A DNA stretch of 64,000 bases from Prochlorococcus sp. AG-347-E03 (GCA_003279115.1 QCBG01000003.1:52569-116568), one strand, 5' to 3'; positions 1 to 13,515 are shown, numbered from the stretch's first letter. Made by a program: numbers and translations. The notes: generated by a model not told the origin, from the sequence alone.

Positions 1-582
1 TCCAGGAGTAATTATTCTTGTTATTCCTCTTTTAATAGGAGTTCCGTAATTTCCAGAACTTTTTTCTAGTTGGTCGCATATAACCACAGAATAATTTTTT
101 TTAATTAAATCAGCACAGTATCTCTCCATTGCATGATAGGGAACCCCTGCCATAGGAATCTTTCCAATCTCTTTCCCAGCATCTTTACTGGTAAGTGTTA
201 TTTCCAAAAGGTTAGATATTAATACAGCATCCTCAAAAAAACATTCAAAAAAATCTCCTAATCTGTAAAGTAATAACCTATCTTTATTTTCCTCTTTTAG
301 AGTTACATAATGCTTCATTACAGGAGTTAATTTCAGTTTGGAGACTGTTTTATAACTATAAGATTCTTCATTGATGCAAACATTTTTGTTATTTGAAATT
401 AAATCAGTCTTGAATTTATTTATTAAATTAGTTGAATTTTTTCTTTGCCTAGGTCTTTTTTGTGATTCTTTTTTTAAATCTTCCCAAGATAAGTCTTCTG
501 GAATTTTTGTTATTTCTTCTTGTTCATTATTTTCATTACCAATAGCAAATAAATTCTTTTGTATTATCGTATCTTCTTGCAT
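1..582 (-). CDS. mutS: DNA mismatch repair protein MutS, 5' part (runs off window start)
   Basis: Manual translation from ATG at 582: [12 protein letters not shown]...LTPVMKHY...[14 protein letters not shown]...[10 protein letters not shown]...RIITPG, i.e. MutS domain I motifs. Not in the ORF track because it is truncated by the window edge. Confidence 0.95.
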   Translation of the reverse strand, partial: MQEDTIIQKNLFAIGNENNEQEEITKIPEDLSWEDLKKESQKRPRQRKNSTNLINKFKTDLISNNKNVCINEESYSYKTVSKLKLTPVMKHYVTLKEENKDRLLLYRLGDFFECFFEDAVLISNLLEITLTSKDAGKEIGKIPMAGVPYHAMERYCADLIKKNYSVVICDQLEKSSGNYGTPIKRGITRIITPG

Positions 583-724
583 ACTTTTTTAATTCCTAAA
601 TAGATATTAGGTAGAAATTTTTTTTTTGCATTTTAAAGTGGCTAAAGTATGTAAATTTTCTCTAAAAATTATCATTTTCATGAGATTATAGTATTTATAA
701 TAATTTTAAACCTAAGACTGAACT

Positions 725-922
725 ATGCAGGCTGTTAATTTTTTCTTCGTAAATGCTCTATTATTTGCTTCTTTAATTGCGGTAGTTGGAGTACCCGTTT
801 TATATGTGACTCAACCTTCTACTGAAGAAGGACAGCGAGAAAGTAGGAGAAAAATTTATTCTATTGCTGCTGTTTGGGTTGTTTTGGTTTTTGTTACAGG
901 AATCGTTTCTTCATTAGTTTGA
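725..922 (+). CDS. psbZ: Photosystem II protein PsbZ (Ycf9)
   Basis: 65 aa, two TM helices, VVGVPV motif; psbZ-ribH adjacency is typical of cyanobacteria. Confidence 0.88.
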   Translation: MQAVNFFFVNALLFASLIAVVGVPVLYVTQPSTEEGQRESRRKIYSIAAVWVVLVFVTGIVSSLV

Positions 923-971
923 ACTTAATACCTTTTCGTGAGAGTCTATTAATATATCGAAGTAAAATTAA

Positions 972-1448
972 ATGGCTATTTTTGAGGGATCTTTTACTAA
1001 TGCATCCACTTTGAAAGTTGGGATTGTAATAGCAAGATTTAATGATTTAATTACAAATAAAATTTTATCTGGTTGTCTTGATTGTTTAAAAAGACATGGT
1101 TTAGATACTTCTGACTTAAGTAATCAAGTAGATATAGTTTGGGTTCCTGGTTCATTTGAATTACCAATCGCAGCTAAAACTCTCATGAAAAAAAAGAGTT
1201 ATGACGTTGTAATTGCTCTTGGGGCTGTAATCCGTGGGGAAACTTCCCACTATGATGTAGTTATATCTGAGGCTAGCAAAGGTATATCACAAGTTTCATA
1301 TGAAAATAATGTTCCAATTATTTTTGGAGTTTTGACTACTGATACTATGCAGCAGGCTCTTGAAAGAGCAGGAATTAAAAATAATCTTGGTTGGAATTAT
1401 GCTTTACAAGCAATTGAGATGGGATCCTTGATTAAAAATTTAAATTAA
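972..1448 (+). CDS. ribH: 6,7-dimethyl-8-ribityllumazine synthase
   Basis: [24 protein letters not shown] and FGVLTTD motifs. Confidence 0.97.
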   Translation: MAIFEGSFTNASTLKVGIVIARFNDLITNKILSGCLDCLKRHGLDTSDLSNQVDIVWVPGSFELPIAAKTLMKKKSYDVVIALGAVIRGETSHYDVVISEASKGISQVSYENNVPIIFGVLTTDTMQQALERAGIKNNLGWNYALQAIEMGSLIKNLN

Positions 1449-1509
1449 TTGAAAAAATTTAATTATTTCTATCATTGATCCCTTCTTTGAGATAAAATAA
1501 AAAAGCTAT

Positions 1510-1581
1510 GCGGATGTAGCTCAGTGGTAGAGCATCTCCTTGCCAAGGAGAATGTCGAGAGTTCGAATCTCTTCATCCGCT
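1510..1581 (+). tRNA. trnG: tRNA-Gly(GCC), CCA not encoded
   Basis: GCGGATG/CATCCGC acceptor stem, TCTCC-TTGCCAA-GGAGA anticodon arm, GTTCGAAT T-loop. Confidence 0.97.
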
Positions 1582-1626
1582 TTTAATGTTTGTATCCCTT
1601 AAAGTAATCCTAATAATCATTTCGTA

Positions 1627-2058
1627 ATGACAAAGGTAATTTCTATTGAGGATTTAAAGGGATTATTTACCAAACCTTATGGTACAGATGCACCAACAAA
1701 ACAAAAATGGGCTGAATTTTATAATGAGAATGTAATTTTTGTAGATCCAACTCAGGAAACAAAGGGCTTAGATTCTTATATTAAAGCTCAAGAAAAGCTA
1801 GTTAAAAGATGTGATGATGTTTTTTTAGAAACTCATGCGATTTCCATAACTGGAAATTGTGGATTTGTTGAATGGACAATGGGTTTAAAAATTATGGGTA
1901 AAGAATTTATTTATCCCGGAACTACTCGTTTATTATTTGGCGAAAATGGATTAATAAAAGAGCATAGAGATTACTTTGATTTTTGCGGTCCAACTTTTGG
2001 ACCAGTTCCTATTTTAGGTCCTTTTATAAGATGGCTGTATAGTAAATTTGTTTCTTGA
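1627..2058 (+). CDS. SnoaL-like / NTF2-fold protein
   Basis: FYNENVIFVDP...GLDSY, VEWTM and GLIKEHRDYFD pattern of the SnoaL-like family. Confidence 0.8.
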   Translation: MTKVISIEDLKGLFTKPYGTDAPTKQKWAEFYNENVIFVDPTQETKGLDSYIKAQEKLVKRCDDVFLETHAISITGNCGFVEWTMGLKIMGKEFIYPGTTRLLFGENGLIKEHRDYFDFCGPTFGPVPILGPFIRWLYSKFVS

Positions 2059-2081
2059 TTTAACTTCTATAGATAAGAACT

Positions 2082-2537
2082 TTATATTTCACGAATTAAC
2101 AAATTTTGAGAGATAACTTCTTTGAAGTCCAACTGAGTATAAAACAATTTCTTATTTGTCGTCATTAAATACAATTTTTTTGTATTTTTAATTTTTTTAG
2201 AGGTTAAAAGATTTTTCACAATTAACGTACCAAATCCTTTGCCTTGGTGATTTTTATCAATAACAATATCCCAAAGCACCCCGCGGTATATCCCATCGGT
2301 TAAAGCTCTACCAAACCCAACTATTTCCTTACCAATCCAAAGACTTATTACGACATCACTGTTCGCAAGACATTTTTTTAGATCATTAATAGTTCTATTT
2401 TTTGCCCAGAAAGTATTGTTTTCTAGTAATTTTTGTAGCTTAATTAATCCATGAGTCGGTATAAGATTAGGACCTAATCCAAAAAATCTTAACCCTAAAG
2501 CTCCTTTGGAATGATTTATTAGTGATATTGCTTTCAT
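2082..2537 (-). CDS. GNAT family N-acetyltransferase
   Basis: VGFGRA, LWDIVI and HQGKGFG acetyl-CoA motif A. Confidence 0.88.
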   Translation of the reverse strand: MKAISLINHSKGALGLRFFGLGPNLIPTHGLIKLQKLLENNTFWAKNRTINDLKKCLANSDVVISLWIGKEIVGFGRALTDGIYRGVLWDIVIDKNHQGKGFGTLIVKNLLTSKKIKNTKKLYLMTTNKKLFYTQLDFKEVISQNLLIREI

Positions 2538-2710
2538 TTTTAAAAAATTATATAAATTTAATGATAGTAAGGTTTACTTTTTGAGTTTAATTTAAATAAC
2601 CCTAATTGATCATTTCTCCAAAATAAAAAGATATGTTTTTTCTTCATTCTGTTGTAACGCGCTAATTTATAATGTTTGTAATAGGATAAATCTTTTAAGG
2701 ACCGTTACTT

Positions 2711-5542
2711 ATGCTAAAACTTTTGTTGGGAGATCCGAATACACGAAAGTTAAAGCGCTATCAACCAATAGTTGAAAATATAAATTTTTTAGAAGAAGAA
2801 ATTTCTCAATTAACTGATGATGAGTTGAGAAAAGAAACTCAAACTTTAAAATCAACGATTTCATCAGAATTAGATATCAAAAAGCAAAAAGAACTATTGG
2901 GAGAATTTCTTCCAAAAGCCTTTGCAATTGTTAGAGAAGCAAGTAAGCGAGTTCTTGATATGAGACATTTTGATGTTCAGTTAATAGGCGGAATGGTTTT
3001 ACATGAGTGTCAAATTGCAGAGATGAAAACTGGAGAAGGTAAAACTCTTGTAGCAACATTACCTTGTTATTTAAATGCTTTAACTGGAAAAGGTGTCCAC
3101 GTAGTTACCGTAAATGATTATTTAGCTAGAAGAGATGCAGAATGGATGGGCCAAGTTCATCGTTTTTTAGGTTTATCAGTTGGGTTGATTCAACAAGATA
3201 TGAACCCAATTGAGAGAAAGAAAAATTACGACTGCGATATAACCTATGCCACGAATTCCGAATTAGGATTTGATTACTTAAGAGATAATATGTCCACCGA
3301 TATTAATGAGGTAGTGCAAAGAAAATTCAATTACTGTGTAATTGACGAGGTAGATTCAATATTAATTGATGAAGCTCGAACACCTCTTATCATTTCTGGT
3401 CAAGTTGAGAGACCCCAAGAAAAATATCAAAAAGCTTCTGAATTAGCTTTGGCTCTAATTAAGGCAAAAGAATTAAGTAAAGATGGTGTCGATCCAGAAG
3501 GTGATTATGAAGTTGATGAAAAGCAAAGAAGCTGTATATTAACAGATCAGGGTTTTGCTAAGTGTGAAGAGTTTTTATCAGTCAGTGACTTATATAATCC
3601 CAAAGATCCTTGGGCTCACTATGTAACCAATGCTTTAAAAGCTAAAGAATTATTTATTAGAGATGTAAATTACATTATTAAAAATGATGAGGCTGTAATA
3701 GTGGATGAATTTACAGGGAGAGTAATGCCAGGAAGGCGATGGAGTGACGGACAGCATCAGGCAATTGAAGCAAAAGAGGGACTAAAAATTCAGCCTGAGA
3801 CTCAAACATTAGCATCAATTACTTATCAGAATTTTTTCTTGTTATATCCTGGTCTAGCAGGTATGACTGGCACTGCAAAAACAGAAGAGGTCGAATTTGA
3901 AAAAACTTATAAATTAGAATCAACAGTTGTACCAACAAATCAAATAAGAAAAAGACAAGATTGGCCTGATCAAGTCTTTAAGACAGAGATGGGTAAATGG
4001 AAAGCTGTTGCGAAAGAAACTGCACAAATCCATAGAGATAGTAGACCTGTCTTAATTGGTACAACAAGCGTTGAAAAAAGTGAGTTGTTAAGTTCACTTT
4101 TAGCTGAAGAAAAAATTCCACATAACTTGTTAAATGCTAAGCCAGAGAATGTTGAACGTGAGGCAGAAATTGTAGCGCAGGCTGGGAGAGCAGGCGCTGT
4201 TACTATTGCGACTAATATGGCTGGAAGGGGAACAGATATAATTCTTGGAGGTAACAGTGACTATATGGCAAGACTTAAATTAAAAGAGATTTTAATTCCT
4301 TTGTTAGTAAAGCCAGATAATGAACATAAGCCACCAATCCCTAAACAAAGAAGTACAAAATCTAAGGGTGGTTTTTCTTCAAAAGGAGCCTCGAATTTGA
4401 AAAAGAATATGCCAGAATCTTCAACAAATCTTTTTCCCTGCAAACTTGATGAAGAAATCGAAAAGAAACTCTCTATTTTATCCAACGAACTTGTCAATAA
4501 TTGGGGTGAAAGACAACTTTCTGTCTTGGAATTAGATGACAGAATCGCTACAGCCTCAGAAAAAGCGCCAACGGAAGATAATTTGATAAAACTTTTGAGA
4601 GAATCCTTTTCATGTGTAAAAGCTGAGTATGAGAAAGTTTTGATTCATGAAGAGCAAAAAGTAAGAGAATCCGGTGGTTTACATGTTATTGGTACTGAGA
4701 GACATGAATCAAGAAGAGTGGATAATCAACTTAGAGGAAGAGCAGGAAGACAAGGTGATTCTGGAAGTACAAGATTCTTTTTATCTTTGGAAGATAATTT
4801 ATTAAGGATTTTTGGAGGTGATAGGGTAGCAAATCTAATGAATGCATTTAGGGTTGATGAAGATATGCCTATCGAATCAGGAATGCTTACTAGGTCTTTA
4901 GAAAGTGCTCAAAAGAAAGTAGAAACATATTATTACGATATTAGAAAACAAGTTTTTGAATATGATGAGGTAATGAATAATCAAAGAAAAGCAGTGTACA
5001 GCGAAAGACTAAGAGTCCTGCAAGGAAATGATTTAAAGAGACAAGTCATAGGGTATGGGGAAAGAACAATGTATGAAATTGTAGAGGCTTATATTAATCC
5101 TGATCTGCCACCTGAAGAGTGGAATATTGATCAATTAATTGCTAAAGTCAAAGAATTCATATATTTATTAGATGACCTTAAGGTTGATGATATCAAATTA
5201 CTATCAATAGAAGAATTAAAAAACTACCTTCAGGAGCAATTGCGAGTAGCTTATGATTTAAAGGAATCACAAATAGAAAAGATGCGTCCAGGATTAATGA
5301 GAGAAGCTGAAAGATTTTTTATTTTGCAGCAAATTGATAATTTATGGAGAGAACACCTCCAAGCTATGGATTCTTTGAGAGAATCAGTTGGATTGAGAGG
5401 TTATGGACAAAAAGATCCTTTAATCGAATATAAAAACGAAGGTTATGATATGTTTCTTGAAATGATGACTAATATGAGACGAAATGTTATTTATTCAATG
5501 TTTATGTTTCAACCTAAAACTGATGAGCAGGATAAGAGTTAA
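2711..5542 (+). CDS. secA: Preprotein translocase subunit SecA
   Basis: [47 protein letters not shown]. Confidence 0.99.
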   Translation: MLKLLLGDPNTRKLKRYQPIVENINFLEEEISQLTDDELRKETQTLKSTISSELDIKKQKELLGEFLPKAFAIVREASKRVLDMRHFDVQLIGGMVLHECQIAEMKTGEGKTLVATLPCYLNALTGKGVHVVTVNDYLARRDAEWMGQVHRFLGLSVGLIQQDMNPIERKKNYDCDITYATNSELGFDYLRDNMSTDINEVVQRKFNYCVIDEVDSILIDEARTPLIISGQVERPQEKYQKASELALALIKAKELSKDGVDPEGDYEVDEKQRSCILTDQGFAKCEEFLSVSDLYNPKDPWAHYVTNALKAKELFIRDVNYIIKNDEAVIVDEFTGRVMPGRRWSDGQHQAIEAKEGLKIQPETQTLASITYQNFFLLYPGLAGMTGTAKTEEVEFEKTYKLESTVVPTNQIRKRQDWPDQVFKTEMGKWKAVAKETAQIHRDSRPVLIGTTSVEKSELLSSLLAEEKIPHNLLNAKPENVEREAEIVAQAGRAGAVTIATNMAGRGTDIILGGNSDYMARLKLKEILIPLLVKPDNEHKPPIPKQRSTKSKGGFSSKGASNLKKNMPESSTNLFPCKLDEEIEKKLSILSNELVNNWGERQLSVLELDDRIATASEKAPTEDNLIKLLRESFSCVKAEYEKVLIHEEQKVRESGGLHVIGTERHESRRVDNQLRGRAGRQGDSGSTRFFLSLEDNLLRIFGGDRVANLMNAFRVDEDMPIESGMLTRSLESAQKKVETYYYDIRKQVFEYDEVMNNQRKAVYSERLRVLQGNDLKRQVIGYGERTMYEIVEAYINPDLPPEEWNIDQLIAKVKEFIYLLDDLKVDDIKLLSIEELKNYLQEQLRVAYDLKESQIEKMRPGLMREAERFFILQQIDNLWREHLQAMDSLRESVGLRGYGQKDPLIEYKNEGYDMFLEMMTNMRRNVIYSMFMFQPKTDEQDKS

Positions 5543-5550
5543 ATCACGAT

Positions 5551-6288
5551 TTAATCATCTCCAAGAAATTCTATAATTTCTTTATCCTTCAGATTTTGAG
5601 CTTTACCAAGTTTAGAAATATCAATAGATTCTGAATTAGCTATACACAGCATGGTTTCTTGTAACTTCAGAATTTCATTTTCAAGTACGTCTATTCTATC
5701 CATTAGATTTTTTATCACATTAGCTTCTGCATCAGGTAAGGCAGAGTGCGCAAGTGGATTAACTTTAACACCACTCTGATGAACTACTCTTCCAGGAACT
5801 CCAACGACAGTACTATTACCTTCTACGTTACGGACTACTACCGAACCGGCACCAATACGTGTATTAGATCCAACTGTGATGGATCCAAGAACTTTAGCAC
5901 CAGCTCCAACTACAACATTTTCCATTAGGGTAGGATGTCTTTTCCCATGACTTTTGCCAGTACCTCCTAATGTTACTCCCTGATAAAGTAGACAATTATT
6001 TCCTATTTCAGCTGTTTCACCAATCACAACTCCCATCCCATGATCTATGAAAACCCGTTTACCAATTTTTGCCCCAGGATGGATTTCAATACCTGTTGCT
6101 AACCTATTGATATGACTTAAAAAGCGAGGAATTAGAGGAATTTTTAATTGCCATAATTTATGAGTAAACCTATGAATAACTATTGATTGAAATCCTGGGT
6201 AGCAAAGAAAAATCTCTAATATTCCTCTAGCAGCAGGATCTCTCTCTTTGATAATTTCTATATCAGACTTAAAAGTTCTTAGCATCAT
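5551..6288 (-). CDS. cysE: Serine O-acetyltransferase
   Basis: RDPAA, IEIHPGA, FIDHGMGVVIGET, GKRHPT and hexapeptide repeats. Confidence 0.97.
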   Translation of the reverse strand: MMLRTFKSDIEIIKERDPAARGILEIFLCYPGFQSIVIHRFTHKLWQLKIPLIPRFLSHINRLATGIEIHPGAKIGKRVFIDHGMGVVIGETAEIGNNCLLYQGVTLGGTGKSHGKRHPTLMENVVVGAGAKVLGSITVGSNTRIGAGSVVVRNVEGNSTVVGVPGRVVHQSGVKVNPLAHSALPDAEANVIKNLMDRIDVLENEILKLQETMLCIANSESIDISKLGKAQNLKDKEIIEFLGDD

Positions 6289-6291
6289 GGT

Positions 6292-7278
6292 TCAATTAAT
6301 AACTCCTATTTCTTTTTTTAAGTGATTTATTGTTTCTATACTTAAATAATTTTTGGAACATATTATTTGAGGTAATCTCATAAGCTGAGACCTATTTTTT
6401 AATAAAGTATTCTCCACAACTGATAAACTGGGCCCATCACACACTATATGGTTGGAGGCTTTTAATAATGAAAGTAGTCTACTATTATTATCTGAGATTG
6501 CAGTCATAAGAATCAATTCACCACCACGTATGCTGTGTATGATGACTTCCGCTGCTCGCAATAAACCAGGACTAATGCTAACAATACCTACACAACTCCC
6601 AGCATTTAATTCTTTGATGATATCTAATTCTTTTTGAAAGTCGCTTAAGTCAACAGCAATTGCTCTAACCCCGTATTGTTTAGCAACTTTTTCTAGAGGC
6701 TGTAAAAAATATCTGCTTGTGACCACAGTACCATTATTTGAATTACTCAAAACTTTTTCTAATTCTTCCATAGGAACAACTTCTACGGGAACATTAATTT
6801 TTGGTGAAAGATCTTCTGCTATTAACATAGATGCTCCTATATCCTCTCTCGGAGTACTTACAATAATTTTTGCGCCGCATTTAATACGCCAATCAATTTC
6901 ATTTGTTAATATTTCTCTTGTTTCTTGTAACGTGCATCCAAGGTTAATGAATTTATCGACAGTCTGCTTTACTTCTTGATCTGGTTGTACAAATATTTTG
7001 TCTTTTGAGTAGACAGATTTTTTAAAGTTTCTTTTATTAAGATTATCTCTTACATAAATACCTGATCCAGCTATCGCTTCAACAACCCCATCCATTTCAA
7101 GTTGTCTGTAAACTTTGCTTATAGTATTTCTATGAAGTCCAGTCTGCATTGCAAGTTGCCTAGTGCTGGGAAGTCTATGACCCGGAGGATAATGTCTTGC
7201 AGCTATGGCAAAGCATATTTGATTATAGAGTTGTGTTGATGCTGGAATATCACTTTCTTGTTGAATATGAAATCTCAC
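6292..7278 (-). CDS. plmA: GntR-family regulator, cyanobacterial PlmA type (probable GTG start at 7278)
   Basis: RFHIQQESDIPASTQL, LPSTRQLA...HRNTISKVY...GSGIYV wHTH plus long C-terminal domain. The ORF-track start at 7329 is probably too far upstream. Confidence 0.8.
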   Translation of the reverse strand: MRFHIQQESDIPASTQLYNQICFAIAARHYPPGHRLPSTRQLAMQTGLHRNTISKVYRQLEMDGVVEAIAGSGIYVRDNLNKRNFKKSVYSKDKIFVQPDQEVKQTVDKFINLGCTLQETREILTNEIDWRIKCGAKIIVSTPREDIGASMLIAEDLSPKINVPVEVVPMEELEKVLSNSNNGTVVTSRYFLQPLEKVAKQYGVRAIAVDLSDFQKELDIIKELNAGSCVGIVSISPGLLRAAEVIIHSIRGGELILMTAISDNNSRLLSLLKASNHIVCDGPSLSVVENTLLKNRSQLMRLPQIICSKNYLSIETINHLKKEIGVIN

Positions 7279-7356
7279 TTTAGAAAAATCCTTACTGATT
7301 AAATTATATCCGTAGGGACACTTTAACATTTGTCATAGCTTTTTGATAATAATTCA

Positions 7357-7929
7357 TCACTCTACATCTTTTTTGATAAGAGGAGTTTTTCTGGGGCTTA
7401 AAAACATAATCATGTTTCTTCCTTCTCTTTTTGGTTTTTGCTGTACTTCTGATTGTTCTTCTAAATCATTTGCCATTTTCAAAAGTAGTGTTTCTGCTAA
7501 ATTTGAGTGTTGAATTTCTCTGCCCCTAAAAATTACAGTGCACTTTACTTTATCTCCTGATTTTAAAAATTTGACAGCTTGATTTATTCGTACATCATAA
7601 TCATGTTTGTCAATTTTGTATCTCATTTTTACTTCTTTAACTTCTGTTTGATGAGATTTTTTTCTTGCTTCTTTTGCTTTTTTTTCTTGTTCAAATTTAT
7701 ATTTTCCATAGTCCATAACTCTACAAACAGGAGGATTTGCTTTCTCACTTACTAAAACCAAATCAAGTTCTCTTTGAGCAGCTATTTCTAATGCTTCCAA
7801 TCTATCTATGACACCTAATTGTTTCCCATCCGAATCAACAACTCTTAATTGAGGATATTTTATTCTTTCATTAATATTTGGGAGCTCTCTAACTGGAGAG
7901 CGACGGTCAAAGCGTGGGCGTGGTGGCAT
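7357..7929 (-). CDS. infC: Translation initiation factor IF-3
   Basis: [31 protein letters not shown]. Confidence 0.97.
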   Translation of the reverse strand: MPPRPRFDRRSPVRELPNINERIKYPQLRVVDSDGKQLGVIDRLEALEIAAQRELDLVLVSEKANPPVCRVMDYGKYKFEQEKKAKEARKKSHQTEVKEVKMRYKIDKHDYDVRINQAVKFLKSGDKVKCTVIFRGREIQHSNLAETLLLKMANDLEEQSEVQQKPKREGRNMIMFLSPRKTPLIKKDVE

Positions 7930-7974
7930 TCAGTTTATAATTTGATTAGATGATGAACAGAAATTTTTTAAAAA

Positions 7975-8874
7975 TTAGCCTAAAAAAGACTCTATTTTAA
8001 TTATTGCATCTTTTAGCAGGTTTTTGTTATTCAGCCAAAATGGATTATTTTTATTACGAAACCATGTTTTTTGCCTTTTAGCGAATTGGCTAGTTTTTCT
8101 AGTAGTTAACTCAATTGCCTCATCGATAGTTAAATTATTATTTAAAACATTTTTAGCTTCACAGTAACCAATAGTTTCTAATATTGGTAAATCTGATCCA
8201 TATCGAGAAATAAGATTTTTTGTCTCTTCAATAATGCCAGATAAAAACATATTTTTTGTTCTTTGTAAAATTCTTTCTTTTAAATTATCTCTATTTAATC
8301 CAAGCTCTAGGATTTTCCATTCAGGCGGTTTTTGAACATTTTGTGATGATAATGTTTGACCGGTAACGTAAAAGACTTCTAAAGCTCTAATTGTTCTAAT
8401 TTGATCGGCAAAATTAATTTTTTTTGCTGATATTGGATCGCAACTTTTTAAAAGCTCCCAACATTCTTGATGACCAAGTTTTTCTAATTGTCTCCTTAAA
8501 TTATGTTGCGGAGGGATATCAGGTATAAAAAAACCCTTTGTTAATGAATTCATATACAAACCACTTCCTCCAACAAGAAAAGGCAATTTATTTTGCTTAA
8601 TTTCTCTTGTTATTGATTTTTGAGCAATTTCTTTGAATTGTTTTACATTAATTTGATTATTAGGCTCTTCTAAATCTATTAAAAAATGCCTTATTTTTTT
8701 TTGTTGATTCTCCGATGGTTTGGCTGTTCCAATATCCATAAATTTATAAATTTGTCTTGAATCGATGTTATGTATACGAGTTTTAAAATATTCTGCAATT
8801 TCAATAGCTAATTCTGTTTTTCCACTTGCTGTGGCCCCAATTAAAACTATTACACGAGGTGGATAGGAGGACAT
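7975..8874 (-). CDS. miaA: tRNA dimethylallyltransferase
   Basis: [37 protein letters not shown]. Confidence 0.96.
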   Translation of the reverse strand: MSSYPPRVIVLIGATASGKTELAIEIAEYFKTRIHNIDSRQIYKFMDIGTAKPSENQQKKIRHFLIDLEEPNNQINVKQFKEIAQKSITREIKQNKLPFLVGGSGLYMNSLTKGFFIPDIPPQHNLRRQLEKLGHQECWELLKSCDPISAKKINFADQIRTIRALEVFYVTGQTLSSQNVQKPPEWKILELGLNRDNLKERILQRTKNMFLSGIIEETKNLISRYGSDLPILETIGYCEAKNVLNNNLTIDEAIELTTRKTSQFAKRQKTWFRNKNNPFWLNNKNLLKDAIIKIESFLG

Positions 8875-9023
8875 ATGAATTTCTGAAGAAAAATTAATTA
8901 GCTATATAATGTAAGTGATTAAATTTTTCATAGACTTCGAGCCTTTCTCTTATTGCGGTGGTAAGTTTAATTAAAGATCTTTTAAATAACATTAGAAAGA
9001 TCAATGTTTTTTTTTTATATTAA

Positions 9024-11317
<2,294 letters not shown>

Positions 11318-11320
11318 ATT

Positions 11321-11689
11321 TTGGATAATAAATCAATTATTATTTTTTTATTTGGGAGCACTTTTGGACTAATACTTAGGATATTTATACAAAATAATTT
11401 AAAAATTAATATAGGATTTAATATACAAAATACTTCAATAGTAAATTTTATAGCATCTTTTTTTTTGGGTATTTTAGTAGCATTAGACTTTATTAATAAC
11501 AAAATATTATTTTTATTTTACAGCGGATTTTTGGGATGCTTTAGTACGTTTTCTTCTTTTATATATCAACTATTTCTTCTATTTCAAAAAAGGAAATTTA
11601 TACGTTTGTTTTTTCATTACATCGAGGTAATAATAATTTCTTTTTTTTGCTTTTATTTGGGTAATTATTTTATGCAATTAATTAAATGA
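11321..11689 (+). CDS. crcB: Fluoride channel Fluc/CrcB subunit 1 (divergent)
   Basis: 4 TM; GxxFGxxLR, IVNF and GFLGCFSTFSSF motifs. Confidence 0.8.
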   Translation: MDNKSIIIFLFGSTFGLILRIFIQNNLKINIGFNIQNTSIVNFIASFFLGILVALDFINNKILFLFYSGFLGCFSTFSSFIYQLFLLFQKRKFIRLFFHYIEVIIISFFCFYLGNYFMQLIK

Positions 11690-12012
11690 AAATAAACTAT
11701 ATTTATATTCTTTTAGCTTGTTATGCAGCTACTTTTTTGAGAGTATTTTTAAATAATAATTTGATTGTTTCTCTAATTGGATCCTTGTTTTTAGGATTTT
11801 TTATTTCAAAACGATTAAGTTTATCGAAAGAAAAAATTATATTGAGCGGTTTCTTTTCGTGCTTCACATCTTTTAGCGGATTTATATATTTTTTATACAA
11901 AATTTTGAATCAGGGTGATTTGATGAAATTTATAATCATTTTTAATTTTTTCATCATTATAAATTTACTCACAATGTATTTAGGGTTTTGGATAAGTAGA
12001 AAAATTACTTAA
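11686..12012 (+). CDS. crcB: Fluoride channel Fluc/CrcB subunit 2 (highly divergent)
   Basis: 4 TM; ATFLR and SGFFSCFTSFSGF; tandem with the first copy. Confidence 0.7.
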   Translation: MKINYIYILLACYAATFLRVFLNNNLIVSLIGSLFLGFFISKRLSLSKEKIILSGFFSCFTSFSGFIYFLYKILNQGDLMKFIIIFNFFIIINLLTMYLGFWISRKIT

Positions 12013-12056
12013 ATTTCATATAATAGTGTTGTTACTATGAACACGATATATATCTT

Positions 12057-13463
12057 ATGAATGAAAATAATCTTGAAACGGTTACATCTTTATCTTCAGA
12101 TTTAAGTACTCGAGAAAATATTACTTTTCAACTTGAAGAATTGCTCGTCGCAGGAAATTATGATGAGGCAAAGTTACTTTTAGAACCCTCCCAACCTGTT
12201 GATATTGCTGATGCTATTGGAAGCCTTCCATTAATATTGCAAGCATTAGCATTCAGATTGTTAAAGAAAAATGAGGCCATTGAGGTTTATGAATATTTAG
12301 ATCCAATAGTTCAGCAAACTTTATTAGACAGACTCCGTTCAGGAGAAGTTTTAGAAATTGTTGAGAAAATGTCTCCTGATGATAGGGTTCAACTCTTTGA
12401 CGAATTACCTGCAAAAGTTGTACGAAAATTTTTGTCTGCTCTAAGTCCTGGTGAAAGGAAAGTAACAGCTGAATTACTTGGATATGAGCCTGAAACTGCT
12501 GGAAGATTAATGACAACTGAATTTATAGACCTTAAAGAGATGCAAACGGCAGCTGAGGCTCTTTCTTTAGTCAGAAAAAGAGCTCCATATACAGAAACAA
12601 TTTATAGTTTATATGTGACTGATAAAGAAAGACATTTAACAGGAATTCTTTCTTTGAGAGACCTTGTGACTGCTGATCCATCTAAGCCAATTGGAGATGT
12701 TATGACTAAAGATGTAGTTAATATTTCTACAAATACAAATCAAGAAGAAGTAGCAAGAGCAATACAAAGATATGATTTTTTAGCGCTTCCAGTTGTTGAT
12801 AAAGAAAAAAGACTTGTTGGGATAGTAACTGTTGATGATTTAATTGATGTAATAGAGCAAGAAGCAACAAGAGATATCTATGCAGCAGGAGCAGTTCAAC
12901 CTGGAGATGAAGATGATTATTTTCAAAGTAGTTTATTTACGATAGCTCGTCGAAGAATTTTGTGGCTGTTAATTTTGGTTTTGGCAAATGGTTTAACTAC
13001 AAAAGTAATAGCTATGAATGATCAAATATTAAAAGAAATAGTTTTGCTAGCTGCATTTATTCCACTGCTGATAGGTACTGGGGGCAATGTTGGGGCTCAA
13101 AGTTCAACAGTTGTCATTAGAGGTTTAAGTACCCAAAAATTGAAGTCTCTTGGCGCAATTAAGGCAGTTGTTAAGGAGGCAATCACAGGAGCTATTTTAG
13201 GTATATTGATGATGCTAGTAGTATTCCCTTTCGCTTGGTGGCAAGGAGAAGGTCCTTTAATAGCCTCTGCAGTAGGAATAAGTTTAATATCCATAACAAC
13301 TTTAGCTGCTACAACTGGCGCTATTCTTCCATTATTGTTTGACAAGATGAGGTTAGATCCAGCTTTAATGTCCTCTCCCTTTATTACAACCGTCACTGAT
13401 ATTGCAGGTGTATTTATATATTTAACTACGGCAAAATGGTTGTTCAGCTCTTCGTTAATTTAA
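12057..13463 (+). CDS. mgtE: Magnesium transporter MgtE
   Basis: MgtE N-domain, CBS pair (AGRLMT...LPVVD), GGNVGAQ, DPALMSSPFITTVTD. Confidence 0.97.
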   Translation: MNENNLETVTSLSSDLSTRENITFQLEELLVAGNYDEAKLLLEPSQPVDIADAIGSLPLILQALAFRLLKKNEAIEVYEYLDPIVQQTLLDRLRSGEVLEIVEKMSPDDRVQLFDELPAKVVRKFLSALSPGERKVTAELLGYEPETAGRLMTTEFIDLKEMQTAAEALSLVRKRAPYTETIYSLYVTDKERHLTGILSLRDLVTADPSKPIGDVMTKDVVNISTNTNQEEVARAIQRYDFLALPVVDKEKRLVGIVTVDDLIDVIEQEATRDIYAAGAVQPGDEDDYFQSSLFTIARRRILWLLILVLANGLTTKVIAMNDQILKEIVLLAAFIPLLIGTGGNVGAQSSTVVIRGLSTQKLKSLGAIKAVVKEAITGAILGILMMLVVFPFAWWQGEGPLIASAVGISLISITTLAATTGAILPLLFDKMRLDPALMSSPFITTVTDIAGVFIYLTTAKWLFSSSLI

Positions 13464-13480
13464 AATCGACTAGGTATTTA

Positions 13481-13515
13481 TTCTCATTTTTGTAAAAATG
13501 TGGATTTTTTTGTTT
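13481..13515 (+). terminator. Possible weak intrinsic terminator after mgtE
   Basis: TCTCATTTTT-GT-AAAAATGTGGA imperfect AT-rich inverted repeat followed by TTTTTTTGTTT. Confidence 0.3.

Noticed and set aside
371-592. 73-aa + strand ORF
   Set aside because: Antisense shadow of the mutS 5' region
4250-4680. Long insertion in SecA relative to E. coli
   Set aside because: In-frame, with no intein or intron hallmarks; corresponds to the known variable region that is expanded in cyanobacteria
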